Shown: positions 1-12,558 of the stretch, piece by piece | Layout: each line of letters begins with the position of its first letter | How positions within the stretch are numbered: position 1 is the first letter of the stretch | DNA from: Chrysemys picta bellii | Taxonomy: Eukaryota | Length of the DNA: 64,000 nt | Direction: 5' to 3' | Assembly (NCBI RefSeq): GCF_011386835.1 | Contig: NC_088797.1 | Span: 41,726,001 to 41,790,000 of the forward strand | Notes under the pieces: generated by a model | Told to the model about the DNA's origin: nothing | Seen by the model: only the letters and a program-made list of their open reading frames with translations | The model's database searches: none | Position numbers and translations under genes: made by a program

Positions 1-710
1 ACTAAAAGCTGGTAGAGATCTAACTTGTTAGTTTGAGACTATTCCATGCACTGGGGAAAAAATATTATCTTGTGGCTGAGGAAGCGGGGCGTGGGCATTG
101 GGACTCCTGGGTTACATTCCCAATTTTGCCATCCACTTTTTGTAAAATCCTGAGCGAGCCATTATAGGTACATCTACACAGGTAGATAAAAGCCCTGTGG
201 CACAACCACAGCAGCCCAGGTCAACCTCCTGGTTCCACTGCCCCTGAACCAGTTTACTGTGGTTTGGGGCTTTGTGTTAGGTCACTGCTGGCTCACTCCC
301 ATTGTAACAGCCACTATTAAAATAGTTATAATCTCACATTAAAGACACAGAAAAGTAAAAACCAATTAAAGGATGTAAAACTTAGAGAACTACATCTTTC
401 ATTTTATCAAATCACCATTCTCTCTAACTATTTGGAGTCTATTACAGGGGAAACCGTTGCTGAATCTTCTTGGAGTGCATTACCAATCCTTTCTGAAGGA
501 AAAGGAAAAGTTATGTTTCGGTGATCTTCAGCGGCTGTTGTTTCTGAAGTCCTGTGCTGTTTCTTTGCAAATAAAAAGACAAACTCAGACAGAAGGGGAG
601 AGAAAAGAATAGCAACAACAGGTAATCCAGCTTCTGTCTCTGGCACTTGTTTTCTCTTGCAACCTTCCTGGAGAAACATAGTCACAGCACACTCTCTTAT
701 CAGCCACTCT

Positions 711-950
711 GGGTACATCAACACTGGAATAAAATACCCGTGGCACGGGTCTGCTGATGCAGGCTTGCAGAGCTAAAAATTACTGGGTAGACATTCGGGC
801 TCAGGCTGGAGTCTGGTCGCAGAACTTGAGCTCCAACCCAAGCCCTGATGTTTACATAGCAGTTATACAGCATTGCAGCTCAAGCCCTGGAAGCCTGAGT
901 CAGCTGACCTGGGCCAGCCAGAGGCATTTAATTGCTGTGTAAACATACCC
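711..950. mobile_element. Non-autonomous PIF/Harbinger-like MITE (turtle GGGTAYGTCTACAC family)
   Basis: Imperfect TIRs GGGTACATCAACAC / GTGTAAACATACCC and a 3-bp direct repeat TCT on both sides (708-710, 951-953). The internal sequence resembles the copy at 45452. Confidence 0.65.
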
Positions 951-1065
951 TCTGAGACCTGGCAAACTTTGACCAGTGTCAGATTGAAGATATACCTTGC
1001 CTTGCTGGTCAGAGGCTCACAACTGAGCGACACAGGTTGTCTTGACAGGTCAGAAAGGAAAAGGG

Positions 1066-1091
1066 GAGAGAGAGAGAGAGAGAGAGAGAGA
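1066..1091. repeat. (GA)n microsatellite
   Basis: About 13 GA units, directly visible. Confidence 0.95.
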
Positions 1092-1879
1092 AAAGAGGAG
1101 AAATGAAGCAAGGAATGCAAAAGACACATTAGGAAGGGGGTGGCAGCAGGAACCAGAAGATCAAATTCTGAATCCTATGTGGTGTTCAGGATTTAGCTGA
1201 GGCCAGTGAAGGTGGTATGACATAGCCCCCTCCTTCTGACCAGATCTGGACAGAACATATTTCTGGATCAGGAAAATAAGGACCCAGCAGTGGCATAGTG
1301 CATCTCAGAGTGCATGGGCAGCAGCAGCCATAATGGTGAAGCTTCGTCCTTCCAGTCCACCCATCCCTCTGTCCCAATGAGTGACCCCAAATAAATAATG
1401 TCTAACCTTGCTCTAATAAAATTAACCAATCAAAACATATTTTGATGACTTGAACTACAGTTCTTTCCTTCCATTTCTATAACTCATTCTTATGCCAATT
1501 TAGGACTTCAGCAGGAGACTTGAATACCCCTTAACACAGTTAATACTAATACTTGTCTCCTACTTTGCCCACTGTCACAAATTTTGTATAACAGGCTGAG
1601 CTGGAGTTTTATTTTTAACTTTGAATAATTTAGAATACAAGCTTCTATGCAATAGTGCACAGTTTGAGTTGCCTGTAAAGGGGTCTGGTTTTCAGGAGGT
1701 GACTGCTCAGCATTGCCCGAAGGTCTAGCAGCATTTGCATGTGTATCATATTGCTGATCTGAAAAGAAGACATATGCCCCAATGAGGTTGACTGGGAATT
1801 TCCCCCTGCCTACTGCCTCGTCCTGACTATTAATACTTGATCATTATCCTCCTGCTACTGCCTATCATTACACATAGCC

Positions 1880-2230
1880 TGGATGTGAGGACCTAGAGAT
1901 ATGTTGAGTAAGGAGAGGAGAAGGATTAGGGGAAAGTAACCACCGTCAACTTGAAATGATGGTTAGACATCCACAAGGAGATGTCATAGACAGGCCAAGA
2001 TTTTGGTTTGGACAGAAGAAAATGGGTCTGGAGTAGAAAGGTAGATCTATGAGTAGTCCACATAGATAGTTGAATTTGTGTTTGCAGATGAGATTACCCA
2101 GAGATAAGGTTTAGCAGCAGAAGAGAAGGTGGCCAAGGACGGAGCCCTATGGAACCCCGACACAAAAGGTGGAGGGGGATGAGGAGGATCTTAGGAGTAC
2201 TTAGCAAGGTCAGAGGAGAAGCAGGAAAGG
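1880..2230 (-). mobile_element. Old L2/CR1-clade LINE RT fragment
   Basis: The minus strand near 2130-2160 reads GGGGTTCCATAGGGCTCCGTCCTTGGCC (GVP*GSVLG), the decayed GVPQGSVLGP RT motif. The flanking purine-rich plus strand is typical of antisense L2. Confidence 0.6.
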
Positions 2231-2509
2231 GCAATGATCTCCCTGATGCACTGTGAAGCATATAGAAGTATGTTCAGCCAATCAGGGAATTAAGGGGAAA
2301 AAAGCCATATGAAAAAACTCAATCAACCTACTTTGAAACTTGAAAATGCACCCACAAAAGGCAGCCCTGGAATTCATGGTTATCTAGATATTGCAAGAAC
2401 ACATCAGACCTCACTTGAATTACACACTGAATTACTGACAAATTTGAATGGAAATGATACAGAAGCACTACAAGCTTAAAGTAGCAAACTTCCACTTTTT
2501 GGAGTTAAG

Positions 2510-5315
2510 CATAGAGTCAGAGTTTAAGATCAGAAGGGACCAATATGATCGTCTAATCTGACCTCCTGCACAATGCAAGCCGCAAGCAAGTGACCCATGC
2601 CCCACGCTGCAGAGGAAGGCGAAAAACCTCCAGGCCTCTGCCCTGGAGGAAAATTCCTTCCCGCCCCCAAATATGGTGATCAGTTAAACCCTGAGCATGT
2701 GGGCAAGACTCACCAGTCAGACACCCAGGAAAGAATTCTCTGTAGTAACTCAGATCCCACCCCATCGAACATCCTATCACAGACCATTGGGCATATTTAC
2801 CGCTAATAGTCAAAAATCAATTAATTGCCAAAATTAGGCTATCCCATCATACCATCCCCCCCATAAACTTATCAAGCTTAGTCTTGAAGCCAGATTTGTC
2901 TTTCGCTCCCACTGCTCCCCTTGGAAGGCTATTCCAGAACTTCACTCCTCTGATGGTTAGATTTCAAGTCTAAACTTCTTGATGGCCAGTTTATATCCAT
3001 TTGTTCTTGTGTCCACATTGGTACTAAGCTTAAATAATTCCTCTCCCTCCCTGGCATTTATCCCTCTGATATATTTATAGAGAGCAATCATATCTCCCCT
3101 CAGCCTTCTTTTGGTTAGGCTAAACAAGCCGAGCTCTTTGAGTCTCCTTTCATAAGACAGGTTTTCCATTCCTCGAATCATCCTAGTAGCTCTTTTCTGT
3201 ACCTGTTTCAGTTTGAATTCATCCTTCTTAAACATGGGAGACCAGAACTGCACACAGTATTCCAGATGAGGTCTCACCAGTGCCTTGTATAATGGTACTA
3301 ACACCTCCTTATCTCTACTGGAAATACCTCGCCTAATGCATCCCAGGACCGCATTAGCTTTTTTCACGGCCATATCACATTGGCAGCTCATAGTCATCCT
3401 GCAATCGAGGTCCTTCTCATCCTCTGTTACTTCTAACTGATAAGTCCCTAGTTTATAACAAAAAATTTTTGTTATTAATCCCTAAATGCATGACCTTGCA
3501 CTTTTCACTATTAAATTTCATCCTATTACTATTACTCCAGTTTACAAGGTCATCCAGATCTTCCTGTATGATATCTTGGTCCTTCTCTGTATTGGCAATA
3601 CTTCCCAGCTTTGTGTCATCTGCAAACTTTATTAGCACATTCCCACTTTTTGTGCCAAGGTCAGTAATAAAAAGATTATATGAGATTGGTCCCAAAACCG
3701 ATCCCTGAGGAACTCCACTAGTAACCTCGCTCCAGCCTGACAGTTCACCTTTCAGTATGACCCATTATAGTCTCCCCTTTAACCAGTTCCTTATCCACCT
3801 TTCAATTTTCATATTGATCCCCATCTTTTCCAATTTAACTAATAATTCCCCATGTGGAACCATATCAAATGCCTTACTGAAATCAAGGTAAATTAGATTC
3901 ATTGTGTTTCCTTTATCTAAAAAATCTGTTACCTTCTCAAAGAAGGAGATCAGGTTGGTTTGGCACGATCAACCTTTTGTAAAACCATGTTGTATTTTTT
4001 CCCATTTACCATTGACCTCAATGTCCTTAACTACTTTCTCCTTCAAATTTTTTTCCAAGACCTTGCATGCTACAGATATCAAACTGACAGGCCTTTTTTT
4101 CCCTTTCTTAAAAATAGGAACTATGTTAGCAATTCTCGAGTCATACGGTAAAGCCCCTGAGTTTACAGATTCATTAAAAAATTCTTGCTAATGGGCTTGC
4201 AATTTCATGTGCCAGTTCCTTTAATATTCTTGGATGAAGATTATCTGGGCCCCCCGATTTAGTCCTAATAAGCTGTTCGAATTTGGCTTCTACCTCAGAT
4301 GTGGTAATATCTACCTCCATATCTTCATTCCCATTTGTCATCCTGCCATTATCCCTAAGCTCCTCATTAGCTTCATTAAAGACTGAGGCAAAGTATTTGT
4401 TTAGCTATTGGGCCATGCCTAGATTATCCTTAACCTCCACTCCATCCTCAGTGTTTAGCAGTCCCACTTCTTCTTTCTTTGTTTTCTTCTTATTTATATG
4501 GCTATAGAACCTTTTACTATTGGTTTTAATTCCCTTTGCAAGGTCCAACTCTACATGGCTTTTGGCCTTTCTCACTTTATCCCTACATGTTCTGACCTCA
4601 ATAAGGTAGCTTTCCTTGCTGATCACTCCCATCTTCCACTCCGTGTAGGCTTTCTGCTTTTTCTTAATCACCTCTCTGAGATGCTTGCTCATCCAGGTTA
4701 GTCTACAACTCCTGCCTATGAATTTTTTTCCCCTTTCTTGGGATGCAGGCTTCTGATAGGTTCTGCAACTTTGACTTGAAGTAATTCCAGGCCTCCTCTG
4801 CCTTTAGATCCACAAGTTCTTCAGTCCAATCCACTTCCCTAACTAATTTCCTTAATTTTTTAAAGTTAGCCCTTTTGAAATCAAAAACCCTAGTCACAGA
4901 TCTATTTTTGTTTATCTTTCCATTTAGTTTGAACTGAATTAGTTCATGATCGCTCGAACCACGGTTGTCCCCTACAACCATTTCTTCTATGAGGTCTTCA
5001 CTACTTACCAAAACCAAATCTAAAATGGCATCCCCTCTTGTTGGTTCAGCAACTACTTGGTGAAGGAGTCCATCAGCTATCGCATCCAGGAAAATCTGAG
5101 CCCTATTATTATTACTAGCACTTGTCCTCTAGTCTATATCTGGGAAGTTAAAGTCTCCCATGATCACACAATTCCCATTAGTATTTACTTCATTAAAAAC
5201 ATTAAAGAGCTCTCTATCCATATCCAAGTCAAATCCTGGTGGTCTATAGCACACCCCAACCACTATCCCAGGGGAGGCTCTAGTAGCTTTCTTCCCCAAT
5301 GTGATTTTAAGCATT
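2510..5315 (-). mobile_element. CR1 LINE, 5'-truncated within the APE endonuclease, ORF2 broken by frameshifts/stops
   Basis: Minus-strand ORFs give the endonuclease motifs VGVCYRPP..IMGDFNFPDI (5129-5314) and SDHELIQF (4703-5017), the RT motif LIKFADDTKL (3453-3695) and the C-terminal RPHLEYCVQFWSP...RRLRGDMI (2957-3397). The CR1-type 3' UTR ends near 2510. Confidence 0.95.
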
Positions 5316-8300
5316 TAATACAGTTCCAGATTAAACAAAACATCAATATTTTGAAGAGAAGAACATGCTAAAATGACTTGTTCAAGAAGTGAGCACAATG
5401 AATAGTAATTTCTTATTGAGGCATTTGCTTTCTTTGATTCAGATCCACTTGTCTTTACTGATTGGGTTTCCCATGTAAGACAGGCAGCTCATTTGCAAGT
5501 AAACAATTTGCATCCAAAGTCCTCAAATAGGGACTTTCATACTGATATTCTTGAACATAATTTATGTCTAATTAACAATATAGCAATGTAATTAAAGTAG
5601 CCATTCTGCTTTCACACCTTTTCTATTAACTATTCTATATCTTTGCAAAACACAATTGTAGCACCAATGACAATCCCTGTTAAGTGAGTTCAAGTTAACT
5701 TTATAATAAACAGTTCTATAAATCATGGACAGAAAAGAATTCCTAGTTATAAAACATTAAATAAAATTGATTGACTACCACCTAAGCAAAAGATTGTGTG
5801 ATTCTCTACCGTGGTTGATAGCCTGGTTACCAGTCCTAACTTCATTTTCTTCCATGTAATTTTTAAGGACTCAATTCAGCAATCTATTCCTGCTCACAGA
5901 ATCACCTAACCACATACTTAAATCTTCAATGGAACTTAAAAGTATTGCTGACTGGGTATGAGCTTAAGCATGTGCTTAAATACCCACCTGAACTGGGGCC
6001 TTAGAGCTGCTGTTGTCCTGTAGATGGTCAAAATAATCAGTTTTGGAAGTTGGAATATTGATTTATTGATCACTACAGGTGAAGGCTAATTAGACTGCAC
6101 TTAGGTCAGCTTGCTTCAGTTCTGGAAGAGCATGTTAAATCTTATTTGTCACTCATGGAAGAAGTTAAATCAGGGACACAATGCTGGTGACAATACCATT
6201 TAGAGATTAATTGAAGGATATGCTGACTAATATAAGTAAAAGCTGAACGGAATCATAATAATTTCTGAGGCAGACATCTTAAAGTGTGCTTCTAAGAGAA
6301 TCTTTTTTAAAATAAACCAAAATGGCCCCATCATGCTCAGACATTTTTCCTATATGTATCCAGAGTTTCTGAACTTACTCCAGGAATTAAAACCAGCTTT
6401 TACCATCATTTACTGCTTTAGCGCTATAGAGTCAACAATTAATAAGAGAATGAGCTAGCTTCTATTCCACCTTCTGCATCATCAAAATTATTTAAGAATT
6501 AGTGATATTCAATAGCATCAGTGAAAATCCAGCAAAGGCAACAGGTTAGCACAGGTGTAGCCTAGGAGGCAGAACTTGGCATGCAATATCTCAACTACAG
6601 ACAACAGTGGGTGAAAAAGAAAGTACCCAGATCCATTTCTAGAGCCCAAACAGAGTTAATGGAGCTGGCAGCTTATTTAATAACATCAACAAAAGTTTTA
6701 ACCCAGCACATTCCATATCAAAACTGGGACACAAACATGGAACTCCAAAATGCTATTTTATAAAGTCACCTTTCAGAGCAAGCCCACACAAATTGTGTGG
6801 GTGTTTGCTTTTTACAATTTGTCAGATGAGAGGGTTTTTAATGTTGAATACAAGTGTCTATGCACCATTACACTCCAGTGATTAATTTTTCCATTGGAAA
6901 TCTCCACCCTTTCCTGATTTGACATTTCTCATTGACAGTTCTGATCAATCTTCTGCAGAGTAGCTTATTCCTACAATATGCTCCTTGTTTGGGTTTAAGT
7001 CCGAGGCATTATTCTAACCCCCTTTTAATCAGAGGTCCCTCTATTTTACTATATTTTTATCCTTGTATAAATCTTACTTCTATTAGAGAAGAGAAGGATA
7101 TTTGTGGTGAGTAGCACCATCACAAGCCAAATATCACTGGGAGACCACTTCTAAACTTCAGGAATAGCCTCTGGCAAGGCTCACACTTATCTGCAAATCC
7201 TCAGTTCCAAGTATTATTATCGGCATTCAGAAGTGAGGTTTACAGAACTCTCTTGTCTACCCAGCCAGGTCAAAGAAATGTCCTAATTTCTCAGGCTGAT
7301 TTGAGAAATATCCCAGGATATCCCACTGCCCAAACTCTTAATTTAAAAATACATGGTACATGTTTTCTTTCCTACTACACAGGATACATCAAGCTTTCTT
7401 ATAGCTGTTTGCAGGTTTTATATGCTTACTACATACACTTTTAAAAACAACAACCATCCATTTAATGCCAGGTGCTGAACCAACAACAGTTGAAACTCCT
7501 TTTTACCTAAAAACAAGGGTAGAAGAGATAGTGGTAGTAGTGGACCTTCCCCGTGCTGCCATACCAATGTGCCTCAACTCTGATGGATAGCAACAATAGA
7601 CAAAAATCCTACTAGTGGTGCTGCTAGGTTCCTAGAGCTGCCTTGCCCACTCCCCGCAGTGGAGAGGGAAAAGTTGCCCAGTTTCCACTGTCAGATGTTT
7701 ATTCTGCTGCTTGCCTGCCTCCTGCTTGCTCCAACTCTAGGCAGACCCAGGAGCAACACATAGGAAGGAAGTCACCTGTCTAGAGTAGAAGCAAAAGAGT
7801 ATTGAGTAAGGGACAGACACAACAAGGGTTAGGATGGGGGGTGGAAGCAGCAGGGACTTGGGTCTGATGAGGTCAGGCAAGAGCAGAGCTGCCAAGGAGT
7901 GAGGAGGAAGGAAAAAGTAGGTGATATGAATGGACTGTGTGGATGGGTTTCAAAAGGGGCAGGGCTTGTTAAGGGGCACTTCAGTTATATAGCTAATTTA
8001 TGCCTGGTTTCCCATCAGTATATTGTTATGGCCCTGGGAATACCCACAACATGGGTGTGAGAAATGACATTAAATCTCCGAGTCAATCCAGTCATTCTGT
8101 TTTGTTTGCCAAAAATGCCAAGAAATCATTTAAGTTATGCTTATCACAGAGGAGCCATGTATGCAGTGGTTATCTATCTTATAGGAACTGAGCTGACATT
8201 ACCAACTCTTTCTGCACTGGTACTCAAAAGCCACACAAACATGGCACTGCAAAAATAATCAATATCAACAATTTCACATGGTAGTTTCCAGTTGCTATTG

Positions 8301-11145
8301 AGCTACGTTTGATCTGAACCAGAACTAAAAAGCATGGGATTACAGTAACAATCCCCTATCCTCTAAGTGTGACTCTAACCATTTTTCCAATTTAAAGTTA
8401 GCCTGCACTATGTATTTACTGATGTGGATAGTTTTCATATAAGTAGTTTTATTAAGATTAAAGCTTCCAAGAGAATTGTATGGCTCAGGAAACAGGTAAT
8501 AGGACATAGAGCTTTTCACCTCCTGTCTGCTGGATGAAATCCATCCCAGGTAAGTAAGGACAAACGTTGCTACCATCTGATTGTTCAACAGACTAATTAA
8601 TGGTCTCAGCCTAGTTCTCAGGGTAAAAGGCATCCACATATTGACATTAATTCTTGCATCATTGGCAGTCCCAAAAGAGAAGATGAGTGTTGCATGGGCC
8701 ATGGTAACTGAATTCCCCCAACTCCCTCATCAATGGAAATGGTCCCTCCAGCTGAGCACTGATGGCAAGCATTAGTAGGGGAACATGAGGAGGTTTGTAC
8801 TGTAGATGTCCATGCTGAAACTCTTTTGTGGTTAAAGAGAGGGCTTCGGAACTATTCAGCCAGTGCTTTACACAAGCAGCAAACTAAATCACCAACACAT
8901 GAACTTATTTTAAAAGATTAAAACCCATATTTTGTCATATGGTTTTATTAACAGTGTCTTACAAATGTACGGTCAGTAAATGTGAATGTCCTTAGCTTGC
9001 AAAACTTCAATTAAAATAAACAGGCTTCTATATAGTGCATAACTATATTCGCAAATGAGAATCAAGTTGTATTTATTTTCAAGCAATGTACAAGGGACCA
9101 ATACAAAATAAAGCCAATAAAGCAAAAGTGGCAATCTAATACAGCATTAGTAGTAGTCTAGTAGCTGGTCAAATGTAACTTGATTATCACACCATAGTTT
9201 AATAGCACTTAGTCCTTTCTGTGTAATTTTTAATACATGGAAACTGAGACTATTTACTTTTCCCTGAGGTACAATGTGAAAATCATTTAAAAATTAACAA
9301 AATGACCTGTTCCTACAAATACTGTAGAGCTGAAAGAGCTAAAATCTGTAGCGATTTATAGCCTGTCCAATCCCATTGACATATAGAATTAATATCCCAG
9401 CAGGCTTAAAAGAACTAGGGTAAGACTGGAAATTTCATGGATTTCATGCCTGTCTTGCTGACAGAAGTTGGGTATTTTTCTACTGGGAAGGGCATCTTCT
9501 CAAAGAGAGTAATGAAAACAAACACTTTCATTTCTCCCAAGAGAATGAGAATTTACAATATCGTTTAGTCTTCAGAGCATCCCTGATTCTGATGAGTTTA
9601 GGAAGACAGAGTGAGTTTTTTATAATAAATACTATGACTAAATTAAACAGAAGTTGTAGGGAGTTTGGGCTGGAATTTCGAACCTGTAACAAAGAAATGT
9701 CCGTAGGCACAGATGGAAAAGAGACACTGGCCAAGTGGATGAAGACTTGAGATATCCTCTACACTTGAGGATTTATATGGGCAAAATCTATTACATGAGC
9801 ACATGGTCGTGTGTTGTCTGTCTTAAATATTAGCAATTTCCTTATTAGGGATTTCTCAGTGGTAACAGCTCCCACCTCATGGACTTGAATTCAAATATAT
9901 AGACCAATGTACTTAAACATCTTTGAGGATCTGGGCATTAGGGTTCAAAATAGTAGAAAGAATCATTTCCCCTCTATCATTTTGAACCCTAATGGCCAGG
10001 TCCCCAAAGGTATTTAGATGCCTAACTCCTATTGAAAATCAGTGGAAGTTGGGCACCTAGGTACCTTTGAGGATTTGGACCTTAGCGCTACCAGTCCATG
10101 TTCTGCCTCAGACTATCATCGGCAGTCCCTTTGCGGTAGTTGGGTCCTGACAGGTACATTAGCAGTTACACAAACAAGCATTATGAAGTGTTTGATGCAT
10201 GAATGCCAGAGAGTTGCTGTAGAAACAGCTGGATAACTTAAGAACAGGACACAGTCGCAAGACAGGGTATTTGGGGGGCTATCAATATGTGCTTCACCTT
10301 TTGAACAATGACAGTGAAAGGGCTTTGAGGACCTCAGAACAATGTCTGGGGTGGGGTGTATTTATTTGCTTTACCTACTCTCCCCAGGCAGGAAGAGATT
10401 GCCATCCTCATCCTGATGCTGACCACAAGGTGCATGAGATCCTGAGTGGGAGATAAGACTCATTCTCCACCAGGTTAGGTGGAAAAAGGTGAAAAAGCTC
10501 CAGGTTCAGTTGAGCTACTGATTTGTCTCCAATAGGGATGATCCTAAACACTCCTCAACCCTCAGCTTTGTGAAAACTTCAGTTGACTTCAAACAAAGCA
10601 GAAGGGCATAAAATTGTATGCCAAGTCCCTGCTTAGGCAGAATCTCTGGTGCTGAACTGCTGTCAGCATGCAGCGATAACCATGTTGAAAGTCCACCGAT
10701 ACCAGACAGTTAGCTAGGCTGTCTGAACAGATACCAGTTAGAATTTTGCAATGGTGACAAATATTTTTAACACTTTACGTTTAAGATGGGTTTCTTCCTT
10801 GTGACTTTTGGGGTACAGTGAAGTAAATAAAGTAATTACCTGTGATTTTACTCTGCTGAGCAGGGATTAACAGTTAGCTGGATGCTTTGCAAGTATTTAA
10901 GTGAAACTTGGACTTGGAACAGCACTCCTGGGGAGTATAAGAAGTCTAGAAGCTACTAAAGACCCTGGAACACTGCTCAGTAAAGCAACTGATGAACCTC
11001 CTCTGATCTAAGCATAAAGAATCTCTTCGCTCTTACATGGTTGTAAATCAGAAGTTATTCCAATGAAATGTATGGAGTTCTGATAGTATAAACTTAGCAT
11101 GAAAGGTGAATCAGGGCTCTTGTCTGAATTCTTCATAAATTAGGG

Positions 11146-11198
11146 TGTGACGGTCCACGCTCCTGGGGTCAGGGCAGCGTGGACTATCAGTCACAGTC
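11146..11198 (-). repeat. 53-bp inverted copy of the LTR right (U5) terminus
   Basis: The reverse complement GACTGTGACTGATAGTCCACGCTGCCCTGACCCCAGGAGCGTGGACCGTCACA matches 13379-13431 with 2 mismatches and ends in the terminal CA. Confidence 0.95.
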
Positions 11199-12547
11199 AA
11201 CCCACCCGGGACGAACCAACCTTATGAGCCATCATATCGCAACGACGCCCGGCCAGAAGGTGAGGGACAACCATCAACCGCTGCCCCAGAAGATGTGGGC
11301 CACGATATGACAGGAATTGGATACGATGCTGGAGATGGGCGTGGTCGAGGAGTCAAAGAGTGAATGGCACAGTCCAATCGTTCTGGTCCCAAAACCCAAC
11401 AGGACCCCCCCCCCCCCCGATTCTGTATCAATTTCCGGAAGATGAACACTATCTCGCGGTTCGACGCGTACCCAATGCCATGGGTGGAAGAACTCCTAGA
11501 ACGACTCGGGGAAGCGAAGTATTTGTCAACACTAGATTTAACCAAAGGGTACTGGCAAATCCCCCTTACACCAAATTCCCGGGAAAAAACTGCCTTCCCA
11601 ACACCATTCGGCCTCTTCCACTTTGTAACCATGCCGTTCGGGTTACATGGGGCCGCAGCGACTTTTCAGCAGCTGATGAATAAGCTCTTGCTATCTCATG
11701 ACCGATACGCAGCGGCATATATAGACGACATTGTGGTCTACAGTAACAACTGGAAGGACCACCTCAGACACCTCATGGGGGTCCTCCAGGCCCTCAGAGC
11801 AGCCGGACTCACGGCCAACCCGGCGAAATGCCATCTCGGACAGGAAAAGGTGACCTACCTCGTGTACGTCATAGGGGAAGGGAAATTGCGCCCCAAATCA
11901 ATAAGGTGCAAGCCCTTATGAATACACCCACACCCAAAACAAAGAAGCAAGTGCGCCAGTTTTTGGGACTGGCCGGGTACTATCATCGCTTTGTACCAGA
12001 CTTCGCATCCCTGTCAGACCTGACGAAGAATTCTCAGCCGCGACAGGTACTGTGGTCCGATCCGTGTGGCAAGGCCTTCAGGATTCTGAAAGAACGGCTC
12101 ACGCAGGAACCGGTCCTGCGGCACCCCGATTTTACAAAGGAATTCATACTCCAAACGGACGCTTCAGAGGTAGGCTTAGGGGCAGTGCTCTCCCAAGAAT
12201 GGGAGGGGGAGGAACACCCGGCACTGTATCTGAGTCACAAATTATTTCCTCGAGAGCAACACTACTCAATGATAGAGAAAGAGGCCCTGGCCGTGAAATG
12301 GGCTATGGACGCCCTGCGCTATTATTTACTGGGGTACACCTTCAAATTGATCACTGACCATGCCCCCCTCAGATGGATAAACAGCATGAAAGACGCAAAC
12401 CCCCGAATCACGCGCTGGTACCTGTCACTCCAACCATACGACTTCCGCGTGTTTCATCATCTGGGTAAGGCTCATGCTAACGCGGATTTCTTTTCTAGAC
12501 AGGGAGAGTATGATGGGGAGACGTACCGCCCCGGGGGTCCTTTTTAA
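11199..12547 (+). pseudogene. Retrotransposon reverse transcriptase + RNase H (frameshifted)
   Basis: Begins THPGRTNLMSHHI...ELDTMLEMGVVEESKSEWHSPIVLVPKP, then RFCINFRKMN, LDLTKGYWQIP, MPFGLHGA and AYIDDIVVY. RNase H motifs are FILQTDASEVGLGAVL, EKEALAVKWA and LITDHAPLRW. Confidence 0.95.
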
Positions 12548-12558
12548 GGGGGTGTGTG
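12546..12558 (+). other. Polypurine tract preceding the LTR
   Basis: AAGGGGG(TGTGTG) lies immediately after the pol stop and directly before the TGTGAC LTR start. Confidence 0.7.
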
